Assembly: GCA_951406725.2 (NCBI GenBank)
Contig: OX597821.1
Span: 70,556,001 to 70,620,000, forward strand
Source: Octopus vulgaris
Taxonomy: Eukaryota
Reading direction: 5' to 3'
Length of the DNA: 64,000 nt
Shown: positions 41,176 to 54,809 of the stretch, in pieces
Layout: every line of letters begins with the position of its first letter
How positions within the stretch are numbered: position 1 is the stretch's first letter
Translations under genes and position numbers: made by a program
The notes under the pieces: model-generated
The model's database searches: none
What the model was told of the DNA's origin: nothing
The model's input: only the letters and a program-made list of their open reading frames with translations

Positions 41176-41399
41176 TATATATATACATAATAAAAATTTA
41201 TGTAAATTAAAAATTTTGAATTTAAATAATTCAAATTTTAAATTTATATTTTATATATTTTGTATATTATATTAATTATATTTATTTTTATGTTTTGGTT
41301 TATGTTTTTCACTGTTTGATTTGCCTAATAGTGGTTTTATCTCTAATTTAATTATATATATATATATATATATATGCACACACTTACATACATTTCAAT

Positions 41400-41597
41400 A
41401 TGTGACCGCGTGTGTATCGTTGGTGAATTTCTTTCTCCGTCTTCCCTTCTTTGGACTTTTTCTATATTTCTGAAGAAGAGCTCCGCTCGAAACGTGTAAC
41501 CCTCTTTCTTTTCTTTCCTTTCCTGAGCGTCCAATAACACTGTACTTGTGCCAGATCCTCGCGTTGTTGTTTTTCTTGCTTGTTCTTGTTTGAATTG

Positions 41598-41600
<3 letters not shown>
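41400..41600 (+). mobile_element. Hammerhead mini-element (family 1)
   Basis: CTGAAGA-A-GAGC TCC GCTC-GAAAC-GTGTA at 41470-41498; flanked by (TA)n. Confidence 0.7.
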
Positions 41601-41662
<62 letters not shown>

Positions 41663-41773
41663 GGCAATAAGAACATGGAAGGTATCAAGAGGTAGTAGTC
41701 ATCAAATTTTAGACATTATATTATGTCTATTTATTTATTTAAAAAAAAAGTAATTATAATAATATACATACAT

Positions 41774-41906
41774 GTATAACATATTATGCAGATTATACTT
41801 TACATATATAAAAATACCAGTAATTATTAAAATATATAACGTAGAACTATGTTAAATATTTTTTTATAATTACTGGTATTTTTATATATGTAAAGCACAA
41901 TCTGTT

Positions 41907-41910
<4 letters not shown>
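41774..41910. repeat. Long fold-back inverted repeat
   Basis: 41798-41827 is the perfect reverse complement of 41866-41895; pairing extends inward and outward. Confidence 0.9.
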
Positions 41911-41973
<63 letters not shown>

Positions 41974-42130
41974 TCAAAATAATCTATTTTTTCGTTATTT
42001 TTTCATTTGTCCTGCTCGCTTACGTTCTTGGTGCTTTGAATTAGTTCTTGAGAACATTTCCTTGGTGATGGATTCCCTTTGCGGATCTATATCTAGCGTT
42101 AGAGCGTCCACATAGTGGATCCTCTCTTAT

Positions 42131-42188
<58 letters not shown>

Positions 42189-43120
42189 TTTTTAATTAAA
42201 TATATAGACATAATATAATATCTAAAAGTTGATGAATACCACAACTTGATCCCCTCCATTTTCCTATTGCCGTATAAATTAAGGGTAAAGCAACTTTTAC
42301 CCCCACCCATTTATTACATTCAGTGGTGTAATTGCCATGCAATAAAAAAACACTTGTGTATTAATAATTGGGTATTCTACCAGCAGTATATTGGAAAGAT
42401 ATTATCCCTTAGTTGGTTGCATTCACAACCTCTAACTTTCTTGGAATATATAGATGTATATATACACACATACACAGACACACACGCATTTGTATGCGTG
42501 TACGTGTATATATGCGTTTGTGTGCTTGTGTGTGTGTGAGTGTGAGTATATGTGTCTGTGTGTGTGTGTGTGTGTATGTGTGTGTGTGTGTGCGTGTATG
42601 GTACGTCGCTTGTCTCTTCTGCAGTAAATCGCCAATATTGTCTTGGCAATTGTTTATCGTCCTTTTCTACTTCCACCACTTTTTCAGAAAATCTTTTATG
42701 AAGGGAATTTTCACCGTGCCCATCCTCACTTTTTCTCGTACAAAGAAAGCCAAGACAAGCAAAATGGCTCCTTTTTTTTTCCAAAATCATCGCACAAGAT
42801 TTGAGGGCGATTTGGTTACTATTTCTAATAGATCGCATGACTGCATAAACACACCTCGGGATGGCTGTTATTTTTTTCAGCCTAGATAAGACCTGAGTGA
42901 ATAAGATCAAAAGTATTCTGACCATGACTATCCCGTCCTTTTCCAGTGAACGGATTCTTGGCATCGCATTATCCCAATATGCAGTGAAAAAATGGTAGTT
43001 TGTGATTTGAAAGACATTCGACTGCTATTTTTCGTGTGTTGTTCAACTATGTCATGGCTGTCTGTAATTATATAGAGGTGGCGAATGTGTTGATTGTGAC
43101 CAAACTGTGGAAGTAATATG

Positions 43121-43161
<41 letters not shown>

Positions 43162-43629
43162 GCTTGTGATGATGAGATGTGGTAGGGAGGAGGAGAATTG
43201 GGGATCGAGGTAGAGAGGAGTTGGCAGAGTCAGTGTGTTTTTGAATGAGAGGGGGAACAGCGAATTAGAGAGTGCAAAGAAGGGGAGAGACGGAGAAAAG
43301 AAAGGTTGCAGTCACGCAGGAATGGATGAGGAAGAAATGAAAGTGAACATGCTGGATGATGATGATGATGATGAGGAGGAGGAGGAGGAGGAGAAGGAGA
43401 AGAAGAAGAAGAAGAAGAAGAAGAAGAAGAAGAAGAAGAAGAAGAAGAAGAAGAAGAAGAAGAAGAAGAAGAAATAATGGAAAGTGATTTTCAAGAATTT
43501 AAAATGGTAAAAGAGAATTGTTTAAAAGACAAAAAGGGGAAAGAAGAAAGCAAGAGCCAGAGAGAGAAAAGGAGGGGAAAGAACTAGTAGAGAAGAAAGG
43601 ATGAAGGAAAGACAGCAATAGATAGATAG

Positions 43630-44480
43630 ATAGATAGAGAGTGAGATTGAAAATGCGAGACAGATCAGGAGTAGGCGGGGTTAGGGAGGAAGGAATAAGA
43701 CACGAAAGGTATGAGGTGAGGTAGTAGTAAGGAATTTGATTGGAGGCAGAGAAAGAGGAGAGAAAATAGGAAATAAAGGAGAAAGGGGAGAGAGGGAGAA
43801 AGGAGAGAGAGGGAGAAAGTAATGGACTTAAGAGAAGAGGAGGTTTTAGAGAGAAGGGAGGAGATTGGAGAAAAACATGGGTAAGAGGAAATGAATGGAG
43901 AGGAAGGAGAGAATGAGTGAACTGGAAGGTGAGATGTGAATGTGATAGAGAGAGAGAGAGAAGGAGAGGGACACGTATGAGGGAGTGAGAGGGAGAAAGA
44001 GAGACTTAGAGAGAAGAGAGATAGAATGAGTGAGCGACGATTTGGAGAGAGATAAATGAAGCAGGTTTTGGAAGCAGCAACTAAACGATAGAATGTAATT
44101 GAAGAAGAAGGATGGAGAAGAGAGCGCGATGGGTGATGTGCCGGAGCGTGAAAAGAGAATGGAGAGCAGGAAAAGGAGGAGGAGATGGACGAAAACACGA
44201 TGGCGACGATGATGACGACGACGACGTCGAAATTAAGAAGAATTAGAGGGAGGGAGGGAGGAGACAGAGTGGTGTACTATGAAGAGAAGAAGGGCGAGGA
44301 AGGGGAGTAATTTGAAGTGAGGTGGTAGTAGTAGTAGTCAGACGACAGGGAGTTGCAGTGTGAGTAAGATGTAGTGCGTAAGAAAGAAGCCGGAAGGAAA
44401 TGAAAGCTATAGTGAGAGAGTGGGTGGGTAGGTAGGGGTGGTGGGAGGTTAAAGAAGATTCGAGAATGGAAGGAAGAAGC
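43630..44480. repeat. Purine-rich (GA) low-complexity tract
   Basis: Strong G/A bias on the + strand. Confidence 0.8.
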
Positions 44481-44699
44481 AGGAGCGAAATGATCGTCTT
44501 ATTTAATGGAATACGTTATTGAATTAGTTTCAAAGAGAAAAATTGGCGGCTGAAAGCGTTTCGGTGGAAATGTCTGTATGAGTGATTATGTGTCCACATG
44601 TGTCTCGATGTATTTTGTTGTATATGGCGGTGGTGTATGTGATATGTTATAGTTTATCGTGTTTGGGTGATTCGTGTGTTTATGTGTACAAACAAGTGT

Positions 44700-44714
44700 G
44701 TGTGTATATGTGTG

Positions 44715-44760
<46 letters not shown>

Positions 44761-45530
44761 TATATGTATATATATGTATATATGTGTATGTATATATATA
44801 TATATGTACATATGTGTACGTATATATATATGTATATGCGTATATATATGTATATATGTGTATGTATATATATATGTGTTTATGCGTATATATATGTATA
44901 TATGTGTATGTATATATATATATATATGTGTGTATATGCGTATATATATGTATATATGTGTATGTATATATATATGTGTTTATGCGTATATATATGTATA
45001 TATGTGTATGTATACATATGTGTATATGTGTATATATATGTATATATGTGTATGTATATATATGTGTTTATGTGTATATATATGTATATATGTGTATGTA
45101 TATATATGTGCGTATATGTGCATATACATGTATATATATGTATATATGTGTATGTATATATATGTGTATATGTGTATGTATATATATATATGTATATGTG
45201 TATGTATATATATGTGTACATGTGTATGTATATATATATGTATATGTGTATGTATATATATGTGCATATGAGTATGTATATATATGTGTGTATGTGTATA
45301 TATATGGATATATGTGTATGTATATATATGTGTTTATTTGTATATATATGTATATATGTGTATATGTGTATATATATGTGTATATGTGTATGTATATATA
45401 TGTGCATATGTGTATAGATGTGTATATATGTGTATGTATATATATATATGTATATGTTTATATATATATGTGTGTAAGTGTGTATGTATATATATATATG
45501 TATATGCGTATATATATGTATATATGTGTG
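44700..45530. repeat. Compound (TA/TG) degenerate minisatellite
   Basis: Reiterated TATATATGTATATATGTGTATG-like units. Confidence 0.9.
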
Positions 45531-46004
45531 AGTACGACTAGATTAGACGCATGAATTTGTGTGAACGACTTTCTATGTAGCTGCGTTTCTGTGAATGTAT
45601 GTTTGTATGTGTGTATTTGTGTGTGTCTCTGTATGTGCGCGTGTGCCTTTATGTGTGTTTGTGCGGGTTTGTGTATAAAAGTTTGTATGTTTGGAAGCAT
45701 GTATTTATGTATTCATTTATGTATGTGCGTGTGCTTCAACGAAAGTGTATTTATACGATCACGTCTGTGTGTGTGTGTGTGAGTGTGTGTACTTGTATGT
45801 ATATAAATATGAATGTGTATGCCTATATAATTTGGATTTTAATGTATACGTCACTGTATGTTTCCGTATGTAAGAAAGGAATTCAAGAAGAAAAGATGCG
45901 GATGGATACGTGTGTGTATGTGCACGCGCAAGTACGTGTGTGCATGTAAATGGTATGTATCTGTGTATTTAAGTGTGTATGAGTCTGTACGAAACTGTGT
46001 ACAC

Positions 46005-46052
<48 letters not shown>

Positions 46053-46914
46053 TTCATCTTACTGTTTGTTTCTCTATAGGTTTAACGGAACGGATTATGC
46101 AATGTTGATCGTTTCCTTACCGAGCCGTTTTCACCCCCTTCTTGCAAGCAGCAATTTTAGTCAACGTCCAATAACCAAGAGAAACATTCGCTCAGTCATT
46201 TTGATGTGGCCTTCTCTATCAAACGGTAGCCATAGACTCCCTCGTAATATACGCAAAAATGTTGCACATGAACAAAGTATTTCAAAACTCACTGAATGCT
46301 GTTTTCGTTAATATGTGTTTTAAGCAACTCACTGTGTCACACATACACACACAGCTCTTCATTCGTTCATTCTCCAGGGGAACATGTCTCTCTCTGTCAC
46401 TCATTCTCTCTCTCTCTCTAACTGGAGAAACGGAACTTCTCACTCGACAATCCCCAATATAATTTCTTTGGAACTGGCTCTTAGTTTCGACGATTTGCTT
46501 CACTTGCCAGGCAAAACCTGCGCTTTGGCGGAAATACACTTTAGGACAGCTAGATTGAACTTGACTCAAAACGAACAAATCCCGCAAGACATTTGATGGT
46601 CTGACATTCTTACAGTTCTACCTACCCTTGGTTGCTACTTTTTTCGTATCTTTCTCCTTTACCTCGAAAGAATGAAAAACAACGTTGAAGTAGTCAAGAT
46701 TTGATCTCTGAAAACGGTGAATCAGGACAAACACCGCATAGCTTTCACTCTTACACTCTAACGCCACATTCTACCAGTCCGACAACTTTAGAAAAACTTT
46801 TTTCCTCAAGCCTTGGGTCTCTCATAAGGCTGTTGACCTAGCTTTGTTGGTGTCCACGTGACCGAGATCATGACAGACTTCCTCAATGAGACTTCCGTCC
46901 GTTTCAGACTCCAA

Positions 46915-47110
46915 GGGCAGCAATTTTGAGGGGAAGGACAAGTCGATTACATCGACCCTTGTACATAAGAGGGGCTCAATTTTATCGACCCCAAACGGAG
47001 GAAAGGCTAAGAGGACCTTGAGTAGATCTAAACTCAGAACCTAAAAATCCCTAAGAAATGCCGCTAAACATTTTACCCGACGCAGAACGACTCTTCCAGC
47101 GCGACGCCTT
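46915..47110 (-). mobile_element. tRNA-derived SINE (family B), diverged
   Basis: Colinear with 54810-54995 (TTTATCGACCCC..GAAAGG..AACTCAGAAC..CCGCTAA). Confidence 0.65.
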
Positions 47111-47429
47111 GTACGCCAGTTCTATATACGATATATTTTGCCGAATTCTGTGTTTTCTATAATTCGGTATTTGATTTGTCATAGAGATAGACTCCTTGAT
47201 GAATATCATAGCGTTTCTTATTAGCGGAAGCATTCATTAGGGATTCAAGAGACTCTTAAGAGTTGCAGGATATTTTCAGCTTTATTAGGTTTCGTGCTAA
47301 CCATTATCGTTTTTGTAGGGTATGATAATAGATAAACTAGTTTTGAATAACTTGTGATGATTCTCTCCAAGAAAGGTTCACTAGCAAGTCTACACTTCAC
47401 AATCAGAAGGAAGTTCTTTGATTATGTTG

Positions 47430-47780
47430 AGTAGTATTCAGATAACGAAGGATCCCCGTTTCTTAGTTCATGAAATCGTTTATTTTGAATTGAATCGTTT
47501 TGATATTTCTCGTGCGGTGTGCATAGGATTTTCCTTAACCTCGGTTTCCAGAAGCTCAGTATTGACAGCACTTAGCCATCCAGATCGGAGGGAGTCTGCG
47601 AGAGAAAGACATTTTCCGGCGAAACTGGCCATATTATCGTTGGCATGTCCGAACATTTAAAGTTTCGTTCTCATAGTTGAAATATTCTTTGCCGCTTCTA
47701 TTGCTGAAGAGTTCCTTTAGAATTCACAGAGCATGTGGTGTCTGGTATGGATCTGATCTAAAAGCGTAAAGTCAATAGGA
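47430..47780 (-). pseudogene. Mariner transposase N-terminal remnant
   Basis: HTRHHMLCEF..SAIEAAKNI..NVRTCQR*YGQFR..DSLRSGWLSAVNTELLETEVKENPMHTAREIS resembles the mariner paired-HTH and RSGRP region. Confidence 0.6.
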
Positions 47781-48189
47781 ATTTAATCATTATGGTATAA
47801 TCTGGAAAGACTCGATCATATTGAAAAAAAGTACCTTTAAAATGATTATGTCAATAATGCAACATGGTTCTTTACAACTTAATTGCTCGTTGCTTATATA
47901 TAGCAGGGAGTCGGTAGTGTTCTATTACCTTGTGGTAATTGTTTCGGCTCTCAGATTTGATAACCAGGCAACGGCAAAATGATGTCGTAGAATTGTTAAT
48001 GCGTCGAACAAAATGCCTTGAGATATCTGGTCTGCTTCTTTGCGCTCTAAGTTCAAATCCGCCTCGTGTGCAGATGGTTGGAGCTAATTACCCAACTCTG
48101 GATGGATTCATACCCAGCTCAAAGAGGACAGATGAGCGTGAAACAAGCAGAAATAAACTAGCAACAGTAGATGATGAATGTGTGCGCGC

Positions 48190-48231
<42 letters not shown>

Positions 48232-48319
48232 GTGTGTGTGCAGTTGTTGTTATTGCTCTCGCTATTTAGCCCCAGGTCATCTCTGACGGAGTAGGTATGA
48301 GGTTGAAGGTAATTCTTCG

Positions 48320-48630
48320 GTAACTATTCTGTCTGTGAAGACACTTGTGCATAGCTCAGAGATCAAAGAGTCTCGCTCGGTCCAGCGGCTACTTCTCTGC
48401 ATTGAGAGGTCACAGCTCTTGGACTACGGACATGTGATTGATATGCCGCAGGAAAGAATTGCAAGGCGAATTCTTCAAACCGAGCCAGTTGGTTGGAGAC
48501 CTAAGGGTTAACTAGCAAGGAAATAGTTGGATAATATCTGTAGTTTCAGTTGGTCAAGCTTGTGTATCCACCCGGTAATTCTAATGAGGGTTGCTCTTGA
48601 AAGGACCCTATGGAAGTAGTGCCTAAGAAA
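48320..48630 (+). pseudogene. RTE-type LINE 3' remnant
   Basis: LLCIERSQL..HVI.MPQERIARRILQTEPVGWRPKG resembles the RTE GHVxRM..GRP tail. Confidence 0.6.
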
Positions 48631-48752
48631 TCTCCCCGCTACACGCCATTCAAAGAAATAGTGGGCGGCAAAGATGGTTGGATGGAACAACATGGTTCAC
48701 GTTCAACGATACTCGGAGTTAAGCAACGTTCTGCACACTGGTACTTCGACGT

Positions 48753-48841
<89 letters not shown>

Positions 48842-49004
48842 CGGGTTTATTTGAGTATGTGTGTGTTTATTTGAGTTTATATGTGTGTAACACTATGGAC
48901 GTGTGCGCAGCTAAATGTATGTATGATTGCTCAAGTATATGCCACCGAACCGATAGCTTTTGTATGTCATGCTGTATTTTTATGTGCGGTGCTGATTCTG
49001 GAAG

Positions 49005-49083
<79 letters not shown>

Positions 49084-49779
49084 ATGGCATTATTTACCCC
49101 ATTCCTAACAAATCAACCTTCTTGGAATTTCTCTATTCCCGAATTCATCACTTCACATTCCCACTTCTACTTCTGCGCTCCACCCTTCATCTCATCCACT
49201 ACAACAGCCTCATCCATTCTGGTGCTGCATTCTCCCTCGTTTATTGGGCTGCGAGAGGAGAATCCCATTTTCCAAGCCCCCTCCCCGCCTCGCCGGCACT
49301 ATCAATGGTTTATCATTAACGGGACACCAAATCATATCGTTAATAGAAGACTCTACACTGAGACGGTTGGATAACACGACATTCAGAAAGGATTGCAGCA
49401 ATGAGAAGTGTGGCGGCGGTGGTTTTGGCGGGTGAACATACACTGATACAGAGAGAGAGAGAGAGATAAAGAGGGAGGGAGATAAAGAGTAGGAGAGAAA
49501 GAAAAAGAAAGAAACAGATGGAACGAAAAGGGAAAGGAGGAGAAAGACGAAGTAGAAAGTTTAATGAATATTTGTAAACTCACGTACAGGCTAAATAAGC
49601 TATTAGCTTATAGAAGGATATGTGTGTATATATGTGTGTATTTGTGTGTGTGTTTGCGTGCGTGTGGGTGGATATAAACACATATATGTATATGTGTGTG
49701 TATATATATATATATATATAAGTATATATGTATATATATATATTTATTTATTTATATATATACATACATATACATACGT

Positions 49780-49824
<45 letters not shown>

Positions 49825-50110
49825 CATATGTGCACGAACACCTATAGATACACAGCCACACACATATACACATATATACGCATAAATATAGATGTATAAA
49901 TACTTATATATGTGAGGCAAATTAATATTTATATTTATAAGGAAGTATAATGCTTAATCATAACGAAAATATTTATTTAGCAGCAAGTAATTAGCTGAGG
50001 GCCGAATAAATATGAAGCGGACCATGTTTACGCATGAATATATTGATATATAAGTCTAATCTGATCGAAGAGAGACTTCGACATATAATCAAACGACACA
50101 CTTAAATTAA

Positions 50111-50204
<94 letters not shown>

Positions 50205-50230
50205 TACACATATATATATATGTATATATT

Positions 50231-50282
<52 letters not shown>

Positions 50283-50679
50283 CTAGCAGTATCGCCCGGC
50301 GTTGCTCGTGTTTGTAAGGGAAATAACTATATAAGCATTTTTAGAGATGTAAAGTATAATAGCCATCTCAATATGGCTAACCACAAAGGGGGGTGTTACT
50401 GTAGCTTTTTACGTTCTGAGATTTAATAATACATTTTTAGAGAGTTACGTCCCTTATATAATAGCAAAAAAAAATGCATTAAAAATGGGAAAGAATGATG
50501 GTAAATTCTTTTTAAAATCGTAGACTCATCGTAGATGCGCGCTAATACCCAGAAGGTCTCGATATGAATCACGACTATAAGATACCCACTTTTGGTTACA
50601 CTGCACCACAAAATGTGGGAGTAGTTAGGAATCTAAATCGTCGGAGACAGACACACAACTTCACTTTTATATATAAAGA
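50283..50679 (-). mobile_element. Non-autonomous Helitron (different interior)
   Basis: Minus strand TCTTTATATATAAAAG...GAGCAACGCCGGGCGATACTGCTAG, in (TA)n. Confidence 0.8.
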
Positions 50680-50816
50680 TATATATATATATGGTATGCT
50701 GGTATGCATGGGCGACTGCTGGTCTTCCATAAACAACCTTGCCCGGACTTGTGTCTAGGAGGGTAACTTTCTAGGTGCAATCCCATGGTCATTCATGACC
50801 GAAGGAGAGTCTTTAC

Positions 50817-50890
<74 letters not shown>

Positions 50891-50943
50891 CTTATATGTA
50901 TATATATATATGTAAATATATATATTCCCTAATAAATAAAATG

Positions 50944-51001
<58 letters not shown>

Positions 51002-51024
51002 TTATTATATATATGTAATGTACT

Positions 51025-51072
<48 letters not shown>

Positions 51073-51521
51073 AACTTACTTGGAAATGAATTTGTGGCGT
51101 TCAATCGAATAATAATATAAGTAATAGATACATGCATATATGGGTACAGGACGTCACAACCAGTAAACAACATGAATTACGAAAACAAATGAGTTCAATA
51201 CACTAACAACGAGAGAAACAAATGGAAAACATGACATGTAACATAAACAACGACCCTTAATCAGTTGTCGGCTGCCTATCTATTTCTCATTGAACGACAA
51301 TATGAGTCTTCGAAGGTAGTTGCTCCCACAAATACCAAAATAAATTTCGGAATTTATGGTGGGGAAGGGCTCAAAGTTGGGAACAAAAGCAGGACAGTGG
51401 AGACATACAAGGAAACCGAACAAAAAACAAATATGGAGGGTCGTTAGCCCAGAATGAGGGAAAATAGTGAACGCTGGAGAAATATTTTCTTTGACAGGAG
51501 AAAAAATAGATAGATAGATAT

Positions 51522-51573
<52 letters not shown>

Positions 51574-52005
51574 TTATCTTTTTATCGATGATTGTCCCGC
51601 CATTACGGCTTGACAAGCGGTGTTAAACATTTTACGTCTTCGTAACTGGGCGGTTCGGCAAAAGAGGCCTTTAGAAAAAATTACTGAAGCTGATTTGTTT
51701 GACTGGAGCTATCAAGGCGGTGCCCAGTATGGCCGCAGACCAAAGGCTGAAACAGGAAAACATAGAAAACATTATATAACAGTTAGAGACACCTGCACAA
51801 TATTGATGCGCCCCAGTCGAAGTTTTAGAACTTGGAAGGAAGAGGTGGGAGCACAAAAGATGAATCTGAACACGTCATCATACGTAATCAGTAATACATA
51901 GACATTCACGTAAATGTATCCCTACACACACAGACACACAGACACATGTTTGTATGTGTCGGAATGTGTCTGTAGGCAGATGAATGAACATGTGTGTGTG
52001 TGTGC

Positions 52006-52045
<40 letters not shown>

Positions 52046-52050
<5 letters not shown>

Positions 52051-52140
52051 GAATTTACAAAAAAAGAAAAAAATATGAAGACGTGTGTGTAAGCAACAAA
52101 CAGGTGTATTAGTTCAACGCTCGGGAAAGTGAGAAAGTCC
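52046..52140 (-). mobile_element. 3' fragment of a hammerhead mini-element
   Basis: Reverse complement of the shared GAGCGTT..CTAATACACCTG..GTCTTC tail; joined to (TA)n. Confidence 0.55.
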
Positions 52141-52151
52141 TGCTGCTACTG

Positions 52152-52221
<70 letters not shown>

Positions 52222-52261
52222 CGCCACTACTGATGCTGCTTCTGTTAACAATAATAATAAT

Positions 52262-53320
52262 CATATGATTTCTTTATTGGCCACAAGGGTCGAACACAAA
52301 TCAAATAGGGATTATACAAGAGACAAATGACGTGTTGAACACTGTCGAGGATACAATGAATAACAATTACAATTAACAAGAAAATTCTAACAATAAAATC
52401 TCCAAGAGCTGTGGGGAGTCCCATCCAGGGCCAACCAAGGCAATCTACACATACTGGTCACCCCGACCACCAAGAGCACCTCAAGCACGTACCCCAACGG
52501 CTCTGTCTTACAAGCTTATATTCAGAACAGGCCCATTCACACGGGTCATTTTCGCCACATTCACCCACCTTTCAACGAAAATATTGGAGTGGGGGCAAGA
52601 CTTCCCTCTCTACCCTCACTTTCCTTTTCAAGTGGAATTTGAAAAAGTCGATGAGAGCTTGGTCGAAATAGAAAGTATCTGTCTTCAGTCGTTTTAATCT
52701 CGTCCACCACACTATCTCCTTCGCCATAGCCACCAGTGGACAACTTCATCTCCTTCTAGGCCAAAGGAAGACGGCGGGGCGATCTTCTCGATGGACTCGG
52801 CTGATAACCGGGTCCGTTCTACACGTAACAACAGCTGATCGATAAAGCTCCGCAAATCAGTAACATACGGACACTGAACGAGTGCGTGCAGGACGGTTTC
52901 GTCGCCATGCGCACGCCTCGGACAGGTCCGTCTGACAGAACTTTCGTGTCTGTAGAGCTTGTCGCCAACTGACAGAACTCCCAGGTGTCACTGCAAGGCC
53001 AGATATTTTTGGAAGTTATCCATAGGCCCTGACCCGAAATATCTCCGGAAAAGCCCAGTTAATTGATCCCTCCCGACGCCCAGAGTTCCCCCGAGGACGT
53101 CGTTGCTCTTTCCCGCCACGAGTCCCCAATAGAACTCCATACTGGAACTTCCACCGACCGCGTTACCCGACTGGTAGAAAACTGTAAGCACTTGCTGACA
53201 CTCCAGGTGCCAGGAGCCCTTCCTTGGTCTACGCCTCATCCAGTGCTGTAGCTCCGTCAGTGAGACGAGCTACGGAAAGTCCCGTTTGACAAACGGCGGC
53301 CACACCTGCTCACAGGAAAG
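52262..53320 (-). pseudogene. L1/Tx1 ORF2 3' fragment
   Basis: FGSGPMDNFQKYLA..LYRHESSVRRTCPRRAHGDETVLHALVQCP (zf-RVT-like); 3' end GTGGCCAATAAAGAAA is repeated at 53445-53475. Confidence 0.75.
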
Positions 53321-53325
53321 TAAAC

Positions 53326-53361
<36 letters not shown>

Positions 53362-53399
53362 TAATAATAATAATAATAATGATAATAATAATAATAATG

Positions 53400-53446
<47 letters not shown>

Positions 53447-53840
53447 CTTTTCTTTATTGGCCACAATGGCCGAACACAAAAATATATAGGAACAATAGAA
53501 AAAGCAAGGGACAAGTTTGATTAAAACAGAAACAAGCATACCTGTTGTGATAGCTGCCCTAGGAAGTAAAAGGGGCTCATTGCAACCTAGCTTAGATACC
53601 ATAAAATCCAAAAACGGCATAAATTAAAAAAATAGTGCCTATGGGAACTGCCCATATCCTACGTAAATCAGGCACGTAGCTACGAGGGGCTATGGGGCGC
53701 TCAGCACCTCCAGTTAGGATTTCAGCCCCTCCACCCACCAGTATGAGAATTTGTTTTATCCACAATATCTGAAGTCGCTAAAGATGCAATAAATTGAATT
53801 TCTTTTGATTTAGCAGTAGTTAGTGATATGAAAATGTCGG

Positions 53841-54423
53841 TAAATTAGAGCTGGTTTATTGTAGCTGAAATTGTTGTCGCAGAATTACCTGCTGACCCGG
53901 TCATCAACTGTGGGTTGAATTAAGGAGTGGGTGATGCTTGGTCAGTTCTTGTTATTGTTGTGATTGTGGTGGCGACGGCGGTACTAGTGACTGTTGAAAA
54001 GTATGTGAAGAATCGTTGCTGTAGTTGGAGATTTATGGTAGTAAATGCATCACTACCCACGTATATATATATATGAACAGAGACGGACGTTAAAAAAGTC
54101 ATTTTATTTCCACTAGTCAGAGAGGATTATTATTCGCGAAAAAGGAAAGAAAAATTTTGAAATTTCCCCAAATATACATTCAGAAAGGATTTTCAGATGA
54201 AAACTTTCGCTGAATATTTTTTCTTACTCTTTGAACAAAGTAATATATTGAAATTATTTTGTGTGGCTAAATCAGAGCTGGTTTGTTGTAGCTGTAATTG
54301 TTGTCGCAGAATTTGCCTGCTGACCCGGTCATCTACTGTGGGTTGAATTAAGGAGTGGGTGATGCTGGGTCAGTTCTTGTTATTGTTATTGTTGTGGTGA
54401 TTGTGGTGGCGACAGCGGTGCTA
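53841..54423. repeat. ~150-bp direct repeat (two copies ~427 bp apart)
   Basis: 53841-53985 and 54268-54423 are near-identical (GAGCTGGTT..CCTGCTGACCCGGTCATC..GTGGTGGCGAC). Confidence 0.9.
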
Positions 54424-54424
54424 T

Positions 54425-54790
54425 CTCACATGGGATCTGCCAATATACACAGAAACTGCAATATAACCCACGGAAGGATTCCAAAGAATGGGCCTTCATC
54501 AATGTAGACCAGAATATTGCAAAGACAGGACGAGAAAGTAAGATCAAGGATTGGAAGTAAAATGAGTCCATACAGCCTCAAAAGTGAGTGTGGTACCTCT
54601 TGCGATCAGTGTACTTGGGATCCTCTCAAAGAGTGCAATATTCTGGCATCAAAAGCTGCAAGTACCAAACTTCATAGGAAGTAATTTAGATGTCAGCAAT
54701 GCTTAAAACAGCTTATGTGTTCAGAAAGTGCTGTGTCTCTAATCTGCGGGATGGAGCTGAGACGAGACAGAGGTACATAAGAAGTTAAGT
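54425..54790 (+). mobile_element. Decayed RLE-LINE 3' end
   Basis: WDLPIYT..SECGTSCDQCTWD/VVPLAISVLG..QQCLKQL remnants followed by TAA repeats. Confidence 0.5.
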
Positions 54791-54809
54791 AATAATGATA
54801 ATAGCCTGG

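Noticed and set aside
39440-41340. Mitochondrial insertion (NUMT) as the explanation for the AT-rich block
   Set aside because: I recognised no mitochondrial protein, rRNA or tRNA motif
46050-46311. Good splice acceptor (TTTCTCTATAG|G at ~46080) followed by an open frame
   Set aside because: The peptide is unrecognisable and I found no convincing donor or partner exons; RNA data are needed
51130-51500. Possible further PLE terminal repeat with a CTGATTAAGGG motif on the minus strand
   Set aside because: The hammerhead stems could not be completed
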